From Trichoplax adhaerens (Eukaryota > Animalia > Placozoa): a DNA stretch of 64,000 nucleotides. Below are positions 36,511-48,123 of this stretch, one piece after another. Below the pieces are notes generated by a model. That model worked only from the letters and a program-made list of their open reading frames with translations, made no database searches and was not told the origin of the DNA. Numbering within the stretch: the stretch's first letter is position 1; every line of letters begins with the position of its first letter. The stretch lies in NCBI RefSeq assembly GCF_000150275.1, contig NW_002060966.1, positions 502,650 to 566,649 on the forward strand, written 5' to 3'. A program made the position numbers and the translations under genes.

Positions 36511-37199
36511 AGTCTACTAGTGTCGCTTATTTTGTTTGCAAAAATGTAAAAATATTTCTAGTTATAGCTTTCTATGCCTTCTTAATTCTAGTTAACACTG
36601 TACCCAATGGATGTAATACTTCATCTACATGATAAATAAAGGTTTCAGAATCTTTTTCGATTAGATTTGATTTCATGATATAAGTGTTTTCAAATGGTTC
36701 CAACCAGTAACGATATTGACTATGTGAATATAGTCAATACTGTTGCTATCGGATTGTGAAGCTATTTTGGATAATTTTATTACCGATAATATCTATCAGT
36801 GGGTGATTGATGATTCAGTAAATACGATTGTTTCATTCAAATTTGTTTTACACCTTCATTTTTGATATAAGGACTGAAAACTTACTTTTCAATGTATCAA
36901 TTCAAATCACGGAGACTAGTCACACGTTTTTTTCTAACAACTAGATCGTGCGTAAGTATTCTTGCTATTTTTTAATGCTCATCGTCTTCCATTTTAGTGT
37001 CTATACTAAAATTCAACTGAATTGGAGCTACGTATTACTTGAGTGCAATGCAATATTTCTGTCGTTCTTAACCATTATATCTGTAGTGAGGCTGTTAGGC
37101 AAACTGTTGTTGTCAATTTGTTAAGTAGAATAACTCAGATATAGCTTAAAAACGATACTAAAATCTAAGGCTGTTGACTATAATAGGCATATATAAGTA

Positions 37200-37480
37200 A
37201 TGTTGGTGATAAATCAAGTAGGACTTGCTATGAGATATTGTATCTTACTACAGGACGAGTCATGTGATTAAGTATAGGAAAATACAGATCAGATATATCG
37301 AGTAATATTATGTTAATGAGTTATCCAACAGAAACTCTGGATTGCTCTAAGAATTGAATCCTGGAGTAGACGATATTATAGTTTAGCTACCAGATTCTAC
37401 AGGCTATTTTATTGGGCTATTAAAATAGAGAACCAGTTTATTGTATATTTTGAAAAATTACAGTTTTCAAGCAAAATGGA
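37200..37480 (+). pseudogene. Degraded partial copy of the repeat-plus-GNAT unit (repeat tail 37200-37330, GNAT fragment 37381-37480)
   Basis: 37210-37330 matches the copy B tail (...ctta(c)tac(a)agga(c)...gatatatcgagtaatattatgttaatg...). 37381-37480 (ggctattttattgggctattaaaatagagaaccagtttattgtatat...ttcaagcaaaatgg) is about 80% identical to GNAT nt 35805-35885 but has no open frame. Confidence 0.55.
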
Positions 37481-39019
37481 AGGATGCATATTCCACGTAA
37501 CGAAATACATTTAAAGAAAATTCACAGTTAGATTCACTTGCTACATACGCTTCTTTGATATAATAAAGGCATATCATAAATTTTGTGAAAATTGCATATT
37601 AACGGCTAGAACTGCGATTACAATACTGAACAGAGAGTGTACATTGATCAGTAATAAAACACAATTTAGTATCAATATAATATCCTTGTAACACAACCTG
37701 TTCTACAAACTGTAATTAAAGTGTAGTTCACACAAGTAATTTTAGAATAGCAGATTTTATTACTGGTTCTCTATCGATTGAAATACTGTGTAGATAATAG
37801 TACAACAAGCTCAGACAGACAAGGAAAACTTTCTACAACAGCAGATCTTAGAAAAGAAGGACTAAGAACAACAATGACAGAAAAGTGTAGCTGCTTGTAT
37901 ATGTTATCTAACTTGTTTATAACATGATAATTGCGAAAAACATTAATTCAACACTTACAGAACTTAGTATAAGAATAAAATTATATGATTATGTTCTACG
38001 AAGCTGAAATCAACATACTTGCATTATCACAAACATTACTTATATATATACCTATTATTGTTAACAACCCTAGATTTTGGTATTATTTTATGTCTAATTC
38101 ACTTCTACGTAACATGTTGACAACAATAGCTTGTCTAACAGCTTCTCTGCAATCCTGTGCTAGTTTTAGCCATTAATGCGAGCAAAACTGAATAATAAAT
38201 TATTGTAAATGTCATCGGCAAGATGGTAGATAATGAGCTAATCTAAATTAACAAGGACCTTACGCCAAACTTCTTTTACAAGTCCATTAGTTCTCCAGCG
38301 ATATGTATCAAACTACAAGATCTTTCAAGTTAACCAAATACTTTAAATATACGCTTATATGAAATCATGAATCAAATTCAATTACATCGGTTTCATTTAA
38401 ACAGCGGCAATCGGTAGTATACGTATTGATAAAGTAACGTGTTGCCGCCGATGATAGCAACGGATTTAGCATTTTGTTGAGTAGGGAGAATGTTACCATG
38501 CGGCTGAGCATAGACTAGTCGGGGCAACTTGAAGAAGGCTGAACGTGTATGATCGATGCTTTTCAAAATAAGAAAACAAGTTACTCTAGTTTCTTGCAAA
38601 CTTTATTACATCAATCTCACAATGTAATAAGATACATGTGGAATTATTCTCGTACATTATTGCACTCTTAATCTTAGCTACAGTATATCTGTAACATAAG
38701 TCGACAAGGCGATATTAATAACGCTAGTCGTCGTATACTGTTTCTTAAGATAAGTGGTACAATAATATACATGATAGACGTAGAATAGAGCTACAATGCG
38801 AAAAATCAAGCCATAAAATACCGCAACAAAACAAGTGAAATTTTGTAGAATCTATCCATTTTTGAGGAATTAATTGGTATTGATGGCGTCAGACAAATTT
38901 TATTTCAGTGTAATAGCCTAGTTAGGTAATATTGCACGAGATACAATTTTGGATGCATGGAGCTGTGGAAAAGTTATTTTGAGTTATGACCTTCAATGGC
39001 CGAATAACACGTAGCGTTT

Positions 39020-40140
39020 TATAGTACTGATTTCAAATTTTTAAAATCAGTAAAGCGATCCATCATTTGTAGCCTAGATATATCATAACCCCATTGTTGA
39101 TTTTGAAAGTCCATAACAGCACCTATTCATCTCTAGTATAATCGCATAGTCATCTAAAATCGCACGAGATGTCTAATCTCGGCATTACTGTGGAATAGGC
39201 AGCTTGAGCTAGTACCAGCAATCAGCGATCGAATGAAAGAGTTGGATGACATTGACTCGAACATTCAAAATTAGCAAAGCGATTCATCATTTATGGCCTA
39301 GAGGTGTTATAATCCCTTTGCTGATTTTGAAAGCTCAATTCTATAATAGCACGTATTGATCTCTAGTGTAATCGCATAGTCATGTAATACCATATGAGCA
39401 CCTATTAATTTGTAGCATAATCTCATAGTGATGTAGTATCCTACGAAATAAAATACTGTCTAATCTTGGCATTCCTTAGGAATAGGCAGCTTGAGCTAGT
39501 ACCAGCAATCAATGATCGATTGAATGAGTTGGATGATATTGACTCTAACTTTCAAAATCAGCAAAGTCATTCATCATTTATAACTTAAAGATGTTCTAAC
39601 CCCTTTGCTGATTTTGAAAGCTCAATTGCATAATAGCTGGTATTGGTCTCGAGTGTAATCGCATAGTCATGTCCTGTAATAGTATAGGAGATAAAATACT
39701 GTCTAATCTGTGCATTACTGTGGAATGGTTAGCTTGAGCTAGTACCAGCATTCAGCGATCAACTGAAAGAGTTGGATGATATATATTGACTCTAACGTTG
39801 AAAATCAGTAATTTATATATTATATATCAGTATATAAGGCATTACCAGCAATCAGCGATCATCTGAAAGAGTTGGATGATATTGACTGTAACTTTTAAAA
39901 TCAGCATAGCCCACAGATGTTTTAACCCCTTTTACTGATTTTGGAAGCTCAATTGCTTAATAGCTCGTATTGATCTAGATCTAGTGTAATCGCATAGTTT
40001 TATACTACCATCAGAGATAAAATACTGTCTAATCTCGGCGTTACTGTGGCATAGGCAGCTTAAGCTAGTACCAGCATTGAACAATCAACTGAAAGAGTTG
40101 GATGATGTTGATTCTAGCGTTCAAAATCAGTAATTTCTAT
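39020..40140. repeat. Satellite array A, unit about 250 bp, about 4.5 copies
   Basis: Repeating unit ...cctttgctgattttgaaagctcaatt...agtgtaatcgcatagtcatg...ataaaatactgtctaatct(c/t)ggcatt...agcttgagctagtaccagca...gagttggatgat(a/g)ttgactc.... Copies start near 39020, 39270, 39520, 39775 and 40010. Confidence 0.75.
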
Positions 40141-40251
40141 ATTATATCTGCGTATATATATATATAGATATATATCATATAGAGAGAGATATAAATAGAT
40201 ATGTATATTACATATAATATATTATTATTATATATGAGTATATACATATAC

Positions 40252-40283
<32 letters not shown>

Positions 40284-40290
40284 GGATAAA
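40140..40290. repeat. (TA)n/(GA)n/(ATA)n compound microsatellite
   Basis: tatatatatatagatatatatcatatagagagagatataaatagat...agagagagagagagg. Confidence 0.8.
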
Positions 40291-41060
40291 TATTTATTAT
40301 AGAACCGAACCGTTAGCAAGTCTAGTTGTAGGCATTTTGCCGATTTTGAAAGTTGCATTGCGCCAGAGGCTGCAGTCATCTGGAGTGTAATCGTCGAGCC
40401 ATGAAGTACTGTATGAGATAGAATACTGTCCCATGAATAGCAAGCTGTCCAAAAGACGAGCGTTGCTTAGGTCAATCAGAAATTTCCATATTATATCTTA
40501 GCATATATATATAGATATATATCTATATAAATCGATATATATCATGTTAGCAAGTCTAGTTGTAGGCATTTTGCTGATTTTGAAAGTTGGATGACACCAG
40601 AGGCTGCAGTCATCTCCAGTGTAATCGTCGAGCCATGCAGTACTGTATGAGATAGAATACTGTCCCATGAATAGCAAGCTGTCCAAAAGACGAGCGTTGC
40701 TTAGGTCAATCAGAAATTTCTATATTATATCTTAGCATATCTATAGAGATATATATCTATATAAATCGATATATATCATATAGAGAGAGATGTAAATAGA
40801 TATGTATATATATTATATATGAGTATATATACATATATATATATATAGAGAGAGAGAGAAAGAGAGGATAAATTTCTATTATAGAACCGAACCGTTAGCA
40901 AGTCTAGTTGTTGGCACTTTGCTGATTTTGAAAATTGGATGGCACCAGAGGCTGCAGTCATCTCCAGTGTAATCGTTGAGCCATGCAGAGATAGAATAGG
41001 AGATAGAATATGAGTAGCAAGCTGTCCAAAAAGACGAGCGTTGCTCAGGTCAAATCCAAT
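40290..41060. repeat. Satellite array B, unit about 250-330 bp, three copies with interspersed TA/GA microsatellite; related to array A through a shared t(t)gc(t/c)gattttgaaag core
   Basis: aaccgaaccgttagcaagtctagttgt(a/t)ggca(t/c)tttgc(c/t)gattttgaaa(g/a)ttg...ccagaggctgcagtcatct(g/c)(g/c)agtgtaatcgt(c/t)gagccatg...caagctgtccaaaagacgagcgttgct(t/c)aggtcaa recurs at 40299, 40546 and 40880. Confidence 0.75.
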
Positions 41061-41656
41061 CATAGCTTATTCACTGATAGGATTTGACTGGAAAATAGAG
41101 TCATGTATACTACAGTAGATAGTCATTTGGAGGAGGATCGAGCCTCGCGTAGGCCAAATCCAGTACTTTCAAGATCTGATAGTAAACACTATAGCACGTT
41201 CCATACTATACTTGAATGTCTATAGACAATCCAGTCGACACCAGTCAGTCCATTCAAATCCACACCAGCCGCTGTCGTCTAGCCAATCAGAGATCAGCTG
41301 CCAATCTGCTGTCTGACGATCGACTAGTATGTATCAAACATCGACGTGGTTGCATACACATTCCAGTTAAATTAGGCCACAAAAATAAGCTTGTATAAAA
41401 ATCTCCAAATGATCCATTGATCGCACTAGACTGCTAACGAAAATCTTCTCCATTAGCGGCCTTGGCAGGCGTTCTTCTTGCTCATTTTCACTTCATTTGT
41501 GGCATTTTTGCCTTGTTTTACTTATTGTAGGAGAGCGATACAATCCGATTGGTATTAAGAAAGCATTGAGTCATCTTTTTCAACTCATTTGGACTCTATG
41601 TACCCTGTAGGATTGAGTTGATTGAGAAGTGAAGAGGAAATTAACCCTTGAAAGGC

Positions 41657-41679
41657 AACAACAACAACAACAACAACCT
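41657..41679. repeat. (CAA)7 microsatellite in the presumptive CDK8 5' UTR
   Basis: caacaacaacaacaacaacaacc. Confidence 0.7.
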
Positions 41680-41708
41680 TCGACATCGGCAAGCGTTGTA
41701 GGTTGAAA

Positions 41709-41836
41709 ATGGATCCTGAATTTAAGAATCGTCTTGAAAAGAAACGCCGTAAAGTCCAAGATACCTTTGAATTTGAAGGATGTAAAGTTGGACGGGGTAC
41801 TTATGGCCATGTTTATAAGGCCAAGATGAAAAGCAG
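41709..41836 (+). CDS. CDK8: CDK8/CDK19 exon 1 ([42 protein letters not shown])
   Basis: ATG at 41709, donor AG|gtaaac. Near-identical to the human CDK8 N-terminus ([41 protein letters not shown]). Confidence 0.85.
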
Positions 41837-42179
41837 GTAAACATGAAGACGATGCAATCGTCCTATCCTATAGCCAACCAATTTTCCTTCCATGGCTACT
41901 TTCTCCGTTCATAGTCGATACATTCCGTCAATAATAAATAATAATAATAATAATAATTAAAAAAGAGCGCTTAAAAAAAGGACGGTCGATAGCATGATTT
42001 TAAAGTGTATCCATCTACCGTGCTTATTCCATCGGTATGATGCCAACAAAAGAGTCTTTTTCTTGCTGACAAGGAAGGAGTTTTTTCCAACGAGTTGCAC
42101 AGTGTTGAAGATCCAATCGCTTGACATTGATAGCATGTTGTGACCAATAAATGTAATTTCTTTTTTATCGGATGGATAG

Positions 42180-42249
42180 TGGCAAGGAATATGCCTTGAA
42201 ATTAATCGAAGGAAGTGGTATTTCCATGTCGGCCTGCCGTGAAATTGCT
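42180..42249 (+). CDS. CDK8: CDK8 exon 2 ([23 protein letters not shown])
   Basis: Acceptor ggatggatag and donor GCT|gtaagt. Human [21 protein letters not shown]. Confidence 0.8.
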
Positions 42250-42391
42250 GTAAGTCATGACAACGTTGAATCATACTTTGAAAACCGACCGTAGTCAATT
42301 TAATTTGTATTAGTAATGCATGACTTCAAGCATGATGCTGTTAACCAAGTTGTCATCTCGACTATTTCTTCCTTTTCTATTACATCCTTAG

Positions 42392-42502
42392 TTATTGCGA
42401 GAAGTCCATCATCCCAACGTCATCTCATTACAAGGAGTATTTCTAACTCATACCAATCGAAAAGTTTGGTTACTATTCGATTTTGCCGAGCATGATTTAT
42501 GG
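42392..42502 (+). CDS. CDK8: CDK8 exon 3 ([37 protein letters not shown])
   Basis: Acceptor catccttag and donor TGG|gtaaga. Human [37 protein letters not shown]. Confidence 0.85.
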
Positions 42503-43542
42503 GTAAGACAGGATGAACTAATCGAGTAGAGCCCAGGATAGCATAGCTCTTTCTACGATCATGTAATCGTTCTAGTTTGTCAAGAGCCATCTACGAAGGC
42601 CCAACGACAGTGCCTGCATGCAAATTTCGACTCGTTCTAGTCTAAAATACCCCAGATAAATACTTAACCATAATCTAGAATTCACTAGTCGAATCCACAA
42701 GCAATTTTATGCATGACCTACATTCATCGCAAACAAATATTATGCCTGACCAAGACAGTCATGATCTTTTGCTAATTTTTCATCCTATCTTTGACGTCCT
42801 GTTGCAATCCATCTTGCCACTGTCATTTATCATCTTCCTCATGAATATTCCGTTAATGCTTGTAATAGTATTTGTTATCATTGACAGCGACCAAAGTATC
42901 CCTTTTTCGTTACATTCCTCGCTTCTAGTCATACCAAAAGTTTTCCATCGCTTTATTTGCTTCTAGGAATGCCCAGCTTTCCTTGACTAAATTGTAACAA
43001 ATGAAGTAAAGAATACCAAACGTTGCTTCCCTTATTTTATAGGATTCTAAAAACTCGATCAATTGTGACTACATTCCAAACAGGAACTCATTTTATTACC
43101 ATCATTAAATCAGCTGCAATAGCAATAACTGCTCACCTTGTCCTTGAATTAGTTCGGGCGCCATTTAATAACCAAGATTGTGACCACGTTACGTTCCACA
43201 TAGTCAGTGATTGCATCCATCAAAGACCTACAGAGGCAATTAACGTCCTTAGTCGTATCATCCATTTCATTTGGAAATGAAATGGATGAATCTTCAAGTT
43301 CACAAACTAATCCTTGTGTCATGACATTCCATGAGTAAGCATACTTGTTAACTAGTAACTTGCACAGTTGTTGCAAAAGTATCTTAGCATAATAGATGCT
43401 GTAATCGTTGTTGATGAACGCTCTAGTAAAAATGCCTTAATTCGGTTAGACGCTAATCTCCAAAGAAATGTGTAGAAATGGATTATCTTCTCCACTGAAT
43501 ATTGTATTAATATTACTTGTCTTTATTTGTCATGATGTATAG

Positions 43543-43680
43543 CACATCATCAAATATCATCGATCGAAAGCAGGTGATAAAGCAATCTCTCTCGATTCCA
43601 AAATGGTCAAATCTTTACTAAAGCAGATTTTAGAAGGGATACACTATTTACATGCCAATTGGATTTTACATCGTGATTTG
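43543..43680 (+). CDS. CDK8: CDK8 exon 4 ([46 protein letters not shown])
   Basis: Acceptor gatgtatag and donor TTG|gtaagt. Contains the HRDL catalytic loop. Confidence 0.85.
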
Positions 43681-43768
43681 GTAAGTTTGCTATAGTACGG
43701 CATAGGAAATCAATTCGTTCACAACGATGCTCTTTCTGTAACATAATATTCGATTGCATTGAAATAAG

Positions 43769-43826
43769 AAACCGGCCAATATTCTCGTCATGGGCGAAGG
43801 ACCAGAAAGAGGAAGAGTCAAAATTG
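43769..43826 (+). CDS. CDK8: CDK8 exon 5 (KPANILVMGEGPERGRVKI)
   Basis: Acceptor gaaataag and donor G|gtaata. Identical to the human KPANILVMGEGPERGRVKI. Confidence 0.85.
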
Positions 43827-43918
43827 GTAATAAAGTGGAACTTATCAAGTACTTTGTACCAGTAAATTGTCTTTCTCAGCCTTGTTTTAATAACTACTGT
43901 CCGTATTGATCATAACAG

Positions 43919-44050
43919 CCGACATGGGATTTGCAAGACATTACTGGTCGCCTTTGAAACCCCTTGCCGAGCTAGATCCAGTCGTAGTGACATCTTGGTA
44001 TCGAGCTCCTGAATTACTCCTGGGTGCAAGGCATTATACTAAAGCAATCG
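43919..44050 (+). CDS. CDK8: CDK8 exon 6 ([44 protein letters not shown])
   Basis: Acceptor cataacag and donor G|gtaaat. Contains the DMG and APE motifs. Confidence 0.85.
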
Positions 44051-44283
44051 GTAAATTGATATAGCAGGTTTTGAGCTCTCTAATTATAATCAGTAACTAG
44101 CTATTCATTAAAAGTTGATAATTGCATCGTAATACTGCTCACGCTACTCATCATAAATTGATTTCATAATCTGTTGTTCATTTTCTTCAACGACTGCAAC
44201 CACTGTTAATGCGCTTACCTTTGAAATAGTTCTTATCGATTGCTTCCAATATCATTCACTTCCATTATCATATTCTTTTGTAG

Positions 44284-44427
44284 ACATTTGGGCTATAGGC
44301 TGTATTTTTGCTGAATTGCTTACTTCAGAGCCGATTTTTCATTGTCGACAAGAGGATTTTAAAACGAGCAACCCTTATCATCGCGATCAATTGGAAAGAA
44401 TCTTTATGGTCATGGGATATCCGCATG
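44284..44427 (+). CDS. CDK8: CDK8 exon 7 ([48 protein letters not shown])
   Basis: Acceptor tcttttgtag and donor G|gtataa. Near-identical to human. Confidence 0.85.
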
Positions 44428-44524
44428 GTATAACTTTTAAAATTGTTCTGAATTAAAATCAAAACAAATTTGCCATGTAGCTATGTTTTTGAGTTGTGCT
44501 TATCCATGCATTAAATAACTATAG

Positions 44525-44594
44525 AAAAGGATTGGGAAGATATAAAAAAGACACCAAACTATGCTAAATTAGCGTCTGACTTTAGAAAAATTTC
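44525..44594 (+). CDS. CDK8: CDK8 exon 8 ([23 protein letters not shown]...); donor position uncertain
   Basis: Acceptor aactatag. The only usable donor is TC|gtatgt at 44595. Human has [25 protein letters not shown]. Confidence 0.6.
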
Positions 44595-44702
44595 GTATGT
44601 CTAAAATCGATAGAATTCGAAATGAATAATTGTTGATATTGATTCTATGGTCCTTCTAATGCCTATTGCTATTTTCAAATTAAGGACGTACACAAATTGT
44701 AG

Positions 44703-44760
44703 TTTGGCAAAATACATGGATAAATTTAAGATTAAGCAAGACAGTAAAGAATTTATACTG
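44703..44760 (+). CDS. CDK8: CDK8 exon 9 (LAKYMDKFKIKQDSKEFIL)
   Basis: Acceptor caaattgtag and donor CTG|gttagt. Human [20 protein letters not shown]. Confidence 0.7.
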
Positions 44761-44842
44761 GTTAGTTCATCCTATTCTATATTTTGTTTAGCCATATCTG
44801 GCTGATTATGAGATGTTTTGTCAACAATTTTCTCTCCCATAG

Positions 44843-44940
44843 CTTCAAAAATGCCTAACAATTGATCCAAATAAGAGAATATCGTCTGAACAAGCCATTG
44901 ATGATGCATACTTTCGCGAAGAACCACTACCAACGGAAGA
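44843..44940 (+). CDS. CDK8: CDK8 exon 10 ([32 protein letters not shown])
   Basis: Acceptor ctcccatag and donor GA|gtaagt. Human [33 protein letters not shown]. Confidence 0.8.
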
Positions 44941-45010
44941 GTAAGTATAGTGACTAATTGGTAAATTTCTACTGCGTTCAAAACAGTTGATGTTGTCGAA
45001 TTGGCTATAG

Positions 45011-45095
45011 CGTATTTGATCACAAAACAATTCCATATCCGAAAAGAGAATTCCTAAATGAGGATGACAATGAAGACAAGGGTGATAAGCATAAG
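45011..45095 (+). CDS. CDK8: CDK8 exon 11 ([29 protein letters not shown])
   Basis: Acceptor ttggctatag and donor AAG|gtatat. Human [27 protein letters not shown]. Confidence 0.8.
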
Positions 45096-45284
45096 GTATA
45101 TTGCGATGGCGTAGATTATATATATTAAACACTTTATGACATATCAGCGGTTGGTTGTGAAATAGAAATGATTTGTTATACAAGCATAAGGATGTCTTTA
45201 TTACTGTGACTTAAAGTTAATTTTATGGAAATGTAATATCCTATTCCCAGATAATCTTCATTATACGTTCCTGTTTATTCATAG

Positions 45285-45480
45285 AATAAAAAGATGGAAG
45301 CTACCACTACTCATAATGTTAACATGGATAACATGATCCATAACAGGTCGCATCAACAACAACGAATGAATAACGCCTATTCTGCAAAGCGTGCGCTGCC
45401 AACAAATCCAGTGGCAAATTACCAGCGGCAGCAAGCAACTCATATGGCTGTTACCGCTAATAAAGGGAATTATAGTTCAG
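45285..45480 (+). CDS. CDK8: CDK8 exon 12, partial (NKKMEATTTHNVNMDNMIHNRSHQQQRMNNAYSAKRALPTNPVANYQRQQATHMAVTANKGNYSS...); 3' end not resolved
   Basis: Acceptor ttattcatag. A low-complexity Q/N/T-rich tail like the human CDK8 C-terminus. A possible donor G|gtagca lies after 45480. Beyond it the open frame turns hydrophobic and non-protein-like. Confidence 0.5.
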
Positions 45481-47029
45481 GTAGCAGTTTACTTCAACTG
45501 TTATTAGCATCAAATTACTATAAGTTCTTAAGTGTCAATCACTTATTACTCACCTTGACCCGTGATATTATCGGACTTATTTTCATGTCTAGTTTAATTT
45601 ACTTTTTCATTTTTCCTATATGGATACTTATACTAAAGATAAATATAACGTCATTGTAATTGACTTGGTAGTGAATAATATCATTTCTTATTCGAGCGTG
45701 GTATTGTGCAGTAATTAGAAATTGTAAACAATTTTTTAATTATAGCTAACAAAAATAACAAGATGTTTAATGACTGCAAAAAGATGAAGGGGTATGCGAA
45801 ATAACATCCATGTCGAACTAATTTCAATCGAACGCGTAAAAGACACTTTATTCTATGACATAACTTTATTGGAGCTCTGCTTCAAGTTGTGTATACTACT
45901 ATTTCGAGTAGTTGTAATTTTGATGTAAATGCAAGGCATAGTTGCTCCGGATTGCCTTTACAGTAACAAGATTAATCAGAAATTCTGCCTCGTATAGAAT
46001 AAGCTATCCAATTTTTCAGGTCCTCAATAACATTGTATAAATTTACTGAATCTGCAATCCAATATGTTATAAATGGACTATAAGCTTTGTGTACAAATAG
46101 TCGTTTACCTTTTAGTATTAGCAAAACGATATTATGAATGACAAGGTAAGCGTAGTTGCGCCAAGGATAAACCTGTGAATACGGTGTAAATGGATTATGA
46201 GACCTCTTTGATAGCAAAATTAGGATCCCTCATTTATTGTATTATAAGTAATCTGTCTGGTATATATGTAATAATACTGTCTAATTGGCGCTCCTAAATA
46301 TGTCATGTGTTTAAAGTATTCCAATAAGCGATACGAAATGAGTCAGTATCGTATTTCGTATTGTAAGCGAACAACTGCAATACTTTGTGCTCAATATCGA
46401 CTGGTCATTGGCGGATATCCTGCAATACCTTAATCAAAATTATAATGGTAGACATGACTGACATTAGCCAACTGCACTGATCATGTTAGATTGCCTTCTC
46501 TATAATTTTAATGAAGTCAGTGTCGTTAGTTTGTAAATATTTGCTGTTAAATGATGCTTTATTGCGTTGGTACGTATCAAGCAAACGGTACATGCACAGT
46601 TTTAGGAATTCTCTACTAGAATCCTGATGGTGTTAATATTCTTCATCCTTAGCCTCATTGAAAAATATCCTATACACCTTTGACTGAAATAAAATTATAA
46701 TTGCGAATTGAATTGCTATTTGCTGTAATGCAAGATGTGTGTTTAGGTCGCACATATCGGCTAAATTATCATCGTTTATTCTTTATTGGATAATTAGCTG
46801 TGCAATCTAATTTCTAAAGATAGCAAAATCTTTTTAGCAATGATAGTTGGCAGAGTAGAAAAACTTGACCTAATCAATAACTCGTTACTTATGGTTACGG
46901 TAGATATAGATCGAAAGAGTACTTTAATTTGAAGATTGATCGTTTACTTCAGTATTAATAAAAAACATCTCGATTCAAACGAAAATAACGTTACGATATA
47001 TAGTTTCATTGCGAGTAACGTAATCGCAA

Positions 47030-47780
47030 ATATGAAATAGTCTAAATTGTTAGCCAATACCATCTGCTTAGAGGCTTAAGTAAATCTATACAATGTACTT
47101 TTAAAGCAATAAGAAGAATCTTAAAATCCAACCGCAAGTTGTATATGTAATTTAATAAATGAGGTATATGAGATACTTGTACTCTAATTGTAACAAATGC
47201 TATCTAATGGATAGAGATAACGTATGCTTTGTATTTAAAGCTAAACATTATTAAACATATTCCGGGTAAAATTGCGCATTATTAATTAACTATAAATTCT
47301 AAATGGTCTACGGCTGTATCACGTTAAATTAGCAAGATGTGCGATGGCCTTACAGCGTAATATTGTTATGACGGAGTTTTAGCAGTATTCGAATTAATGG
47401 CATAGTCTTATAAATACTGTTAGCCAATACTATATGCTTAGGGGACTAAGCTCATTGGTGCAGTGCACTTTCAATGGCATTGAAAGAATCCCCAAAGTCA
47501 ATGCCAAATTGTATATCTTACTAGCTATCAAATAATTATCGAATGTTTGTGAGTAAAATCTAAATGCTAATTATATGAGACACTTGTACTCCAACTATAG
47601 CAATACGATGGAAAGCAAAGTAGCGATAGCGCATGATTTTACTTAAAGCTAACGTTATGAATTTTACTCGAGGTCAAATTGTATATTAGTCATTCTAAAT
47701 TCTAAAAAGCCTACAGCTGCAGTACATGAAAACCAGCACGAGATACTGTGCGGTATAATAACATTACAACTAAATATTGC
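47030..47780. repeat. local tandem duplication, unit about 370 bp, two copies
   Basis: ttagccaataccatctgcttagaggcttaag... at 47040 recurs as ttagccaatactatatgcttaggggactaag... at 47401. atgag(g/a)(t/c)a(t/c)(a/t)tgtactc(t/c)aa(t/c)t(g/a)ta(a/g)caa... and the ctacggctgtatcac/ctacagctgcagtac blocks are also shared. Confidence 0.55.
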
Positions 47781-48044
47781 CATGACGTAATTTTAAACAG
47801 AGTCCTAATTAATGACCTAAATAATTCCATATGTTTTCCTGGACAGTTTTGATATTGGACGCCTTCTATTATATATGGTAAGTCAACTCAATCCGTAGTC
47901 GGCAGTAATACAGGTTTTAAAAGTCGTTCTACAGATAGTATATATATATAGTCTTTCCACTTAGCAAGAGAGAGTCATTTTATTCCTTCATTAAGCTCCA
48001 TTTTAACGAAATAATACAAGTCCACTCGTTATTATTATATTAAA

Positions 48045-48123
48045 ATGAATTCAAAGGCAGTCAGTATGAGTATAACATTAACAATCTTTCTAACAGGAAC
48101 TTTTTGTTTCCCTACAGCAATAG
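48045..48123 (+). CDS. CUB-TM gene 1, exon 1 (signal peptide MNSKAVSMSITLTIFLTGTFCFPTAI)
   Basis: ATG at 48045, hydrophobic core, donor G|gtgaga, phase 1. Confidence 0.65.

Noticed and set aside
38400-38560. GC-richer patch with ORF 38393-38599 on the minus strand
   Set aside because: No conserved peptide, no splice context, and no resemblance to snRNA, tRNA or rRNA signatures. Left uncalled.
40137-41063. ORFs within the satellite and microsatellite arrays (for example ...LSLSLYIYIYMYMYILIY...)
   Set aside because: They are translations of (TA)n/(GA)n and tandem repeats. Low-complexity, repeat-derived.
41580-41810. Minus-strand ORF containing a CCCCCCC run
   Set aside because: It is the reverse complement of the (CAA)n tract and the CDK8 exon 1 region. 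The plus strand encodes the highly conserved CDK8 N-terminus.
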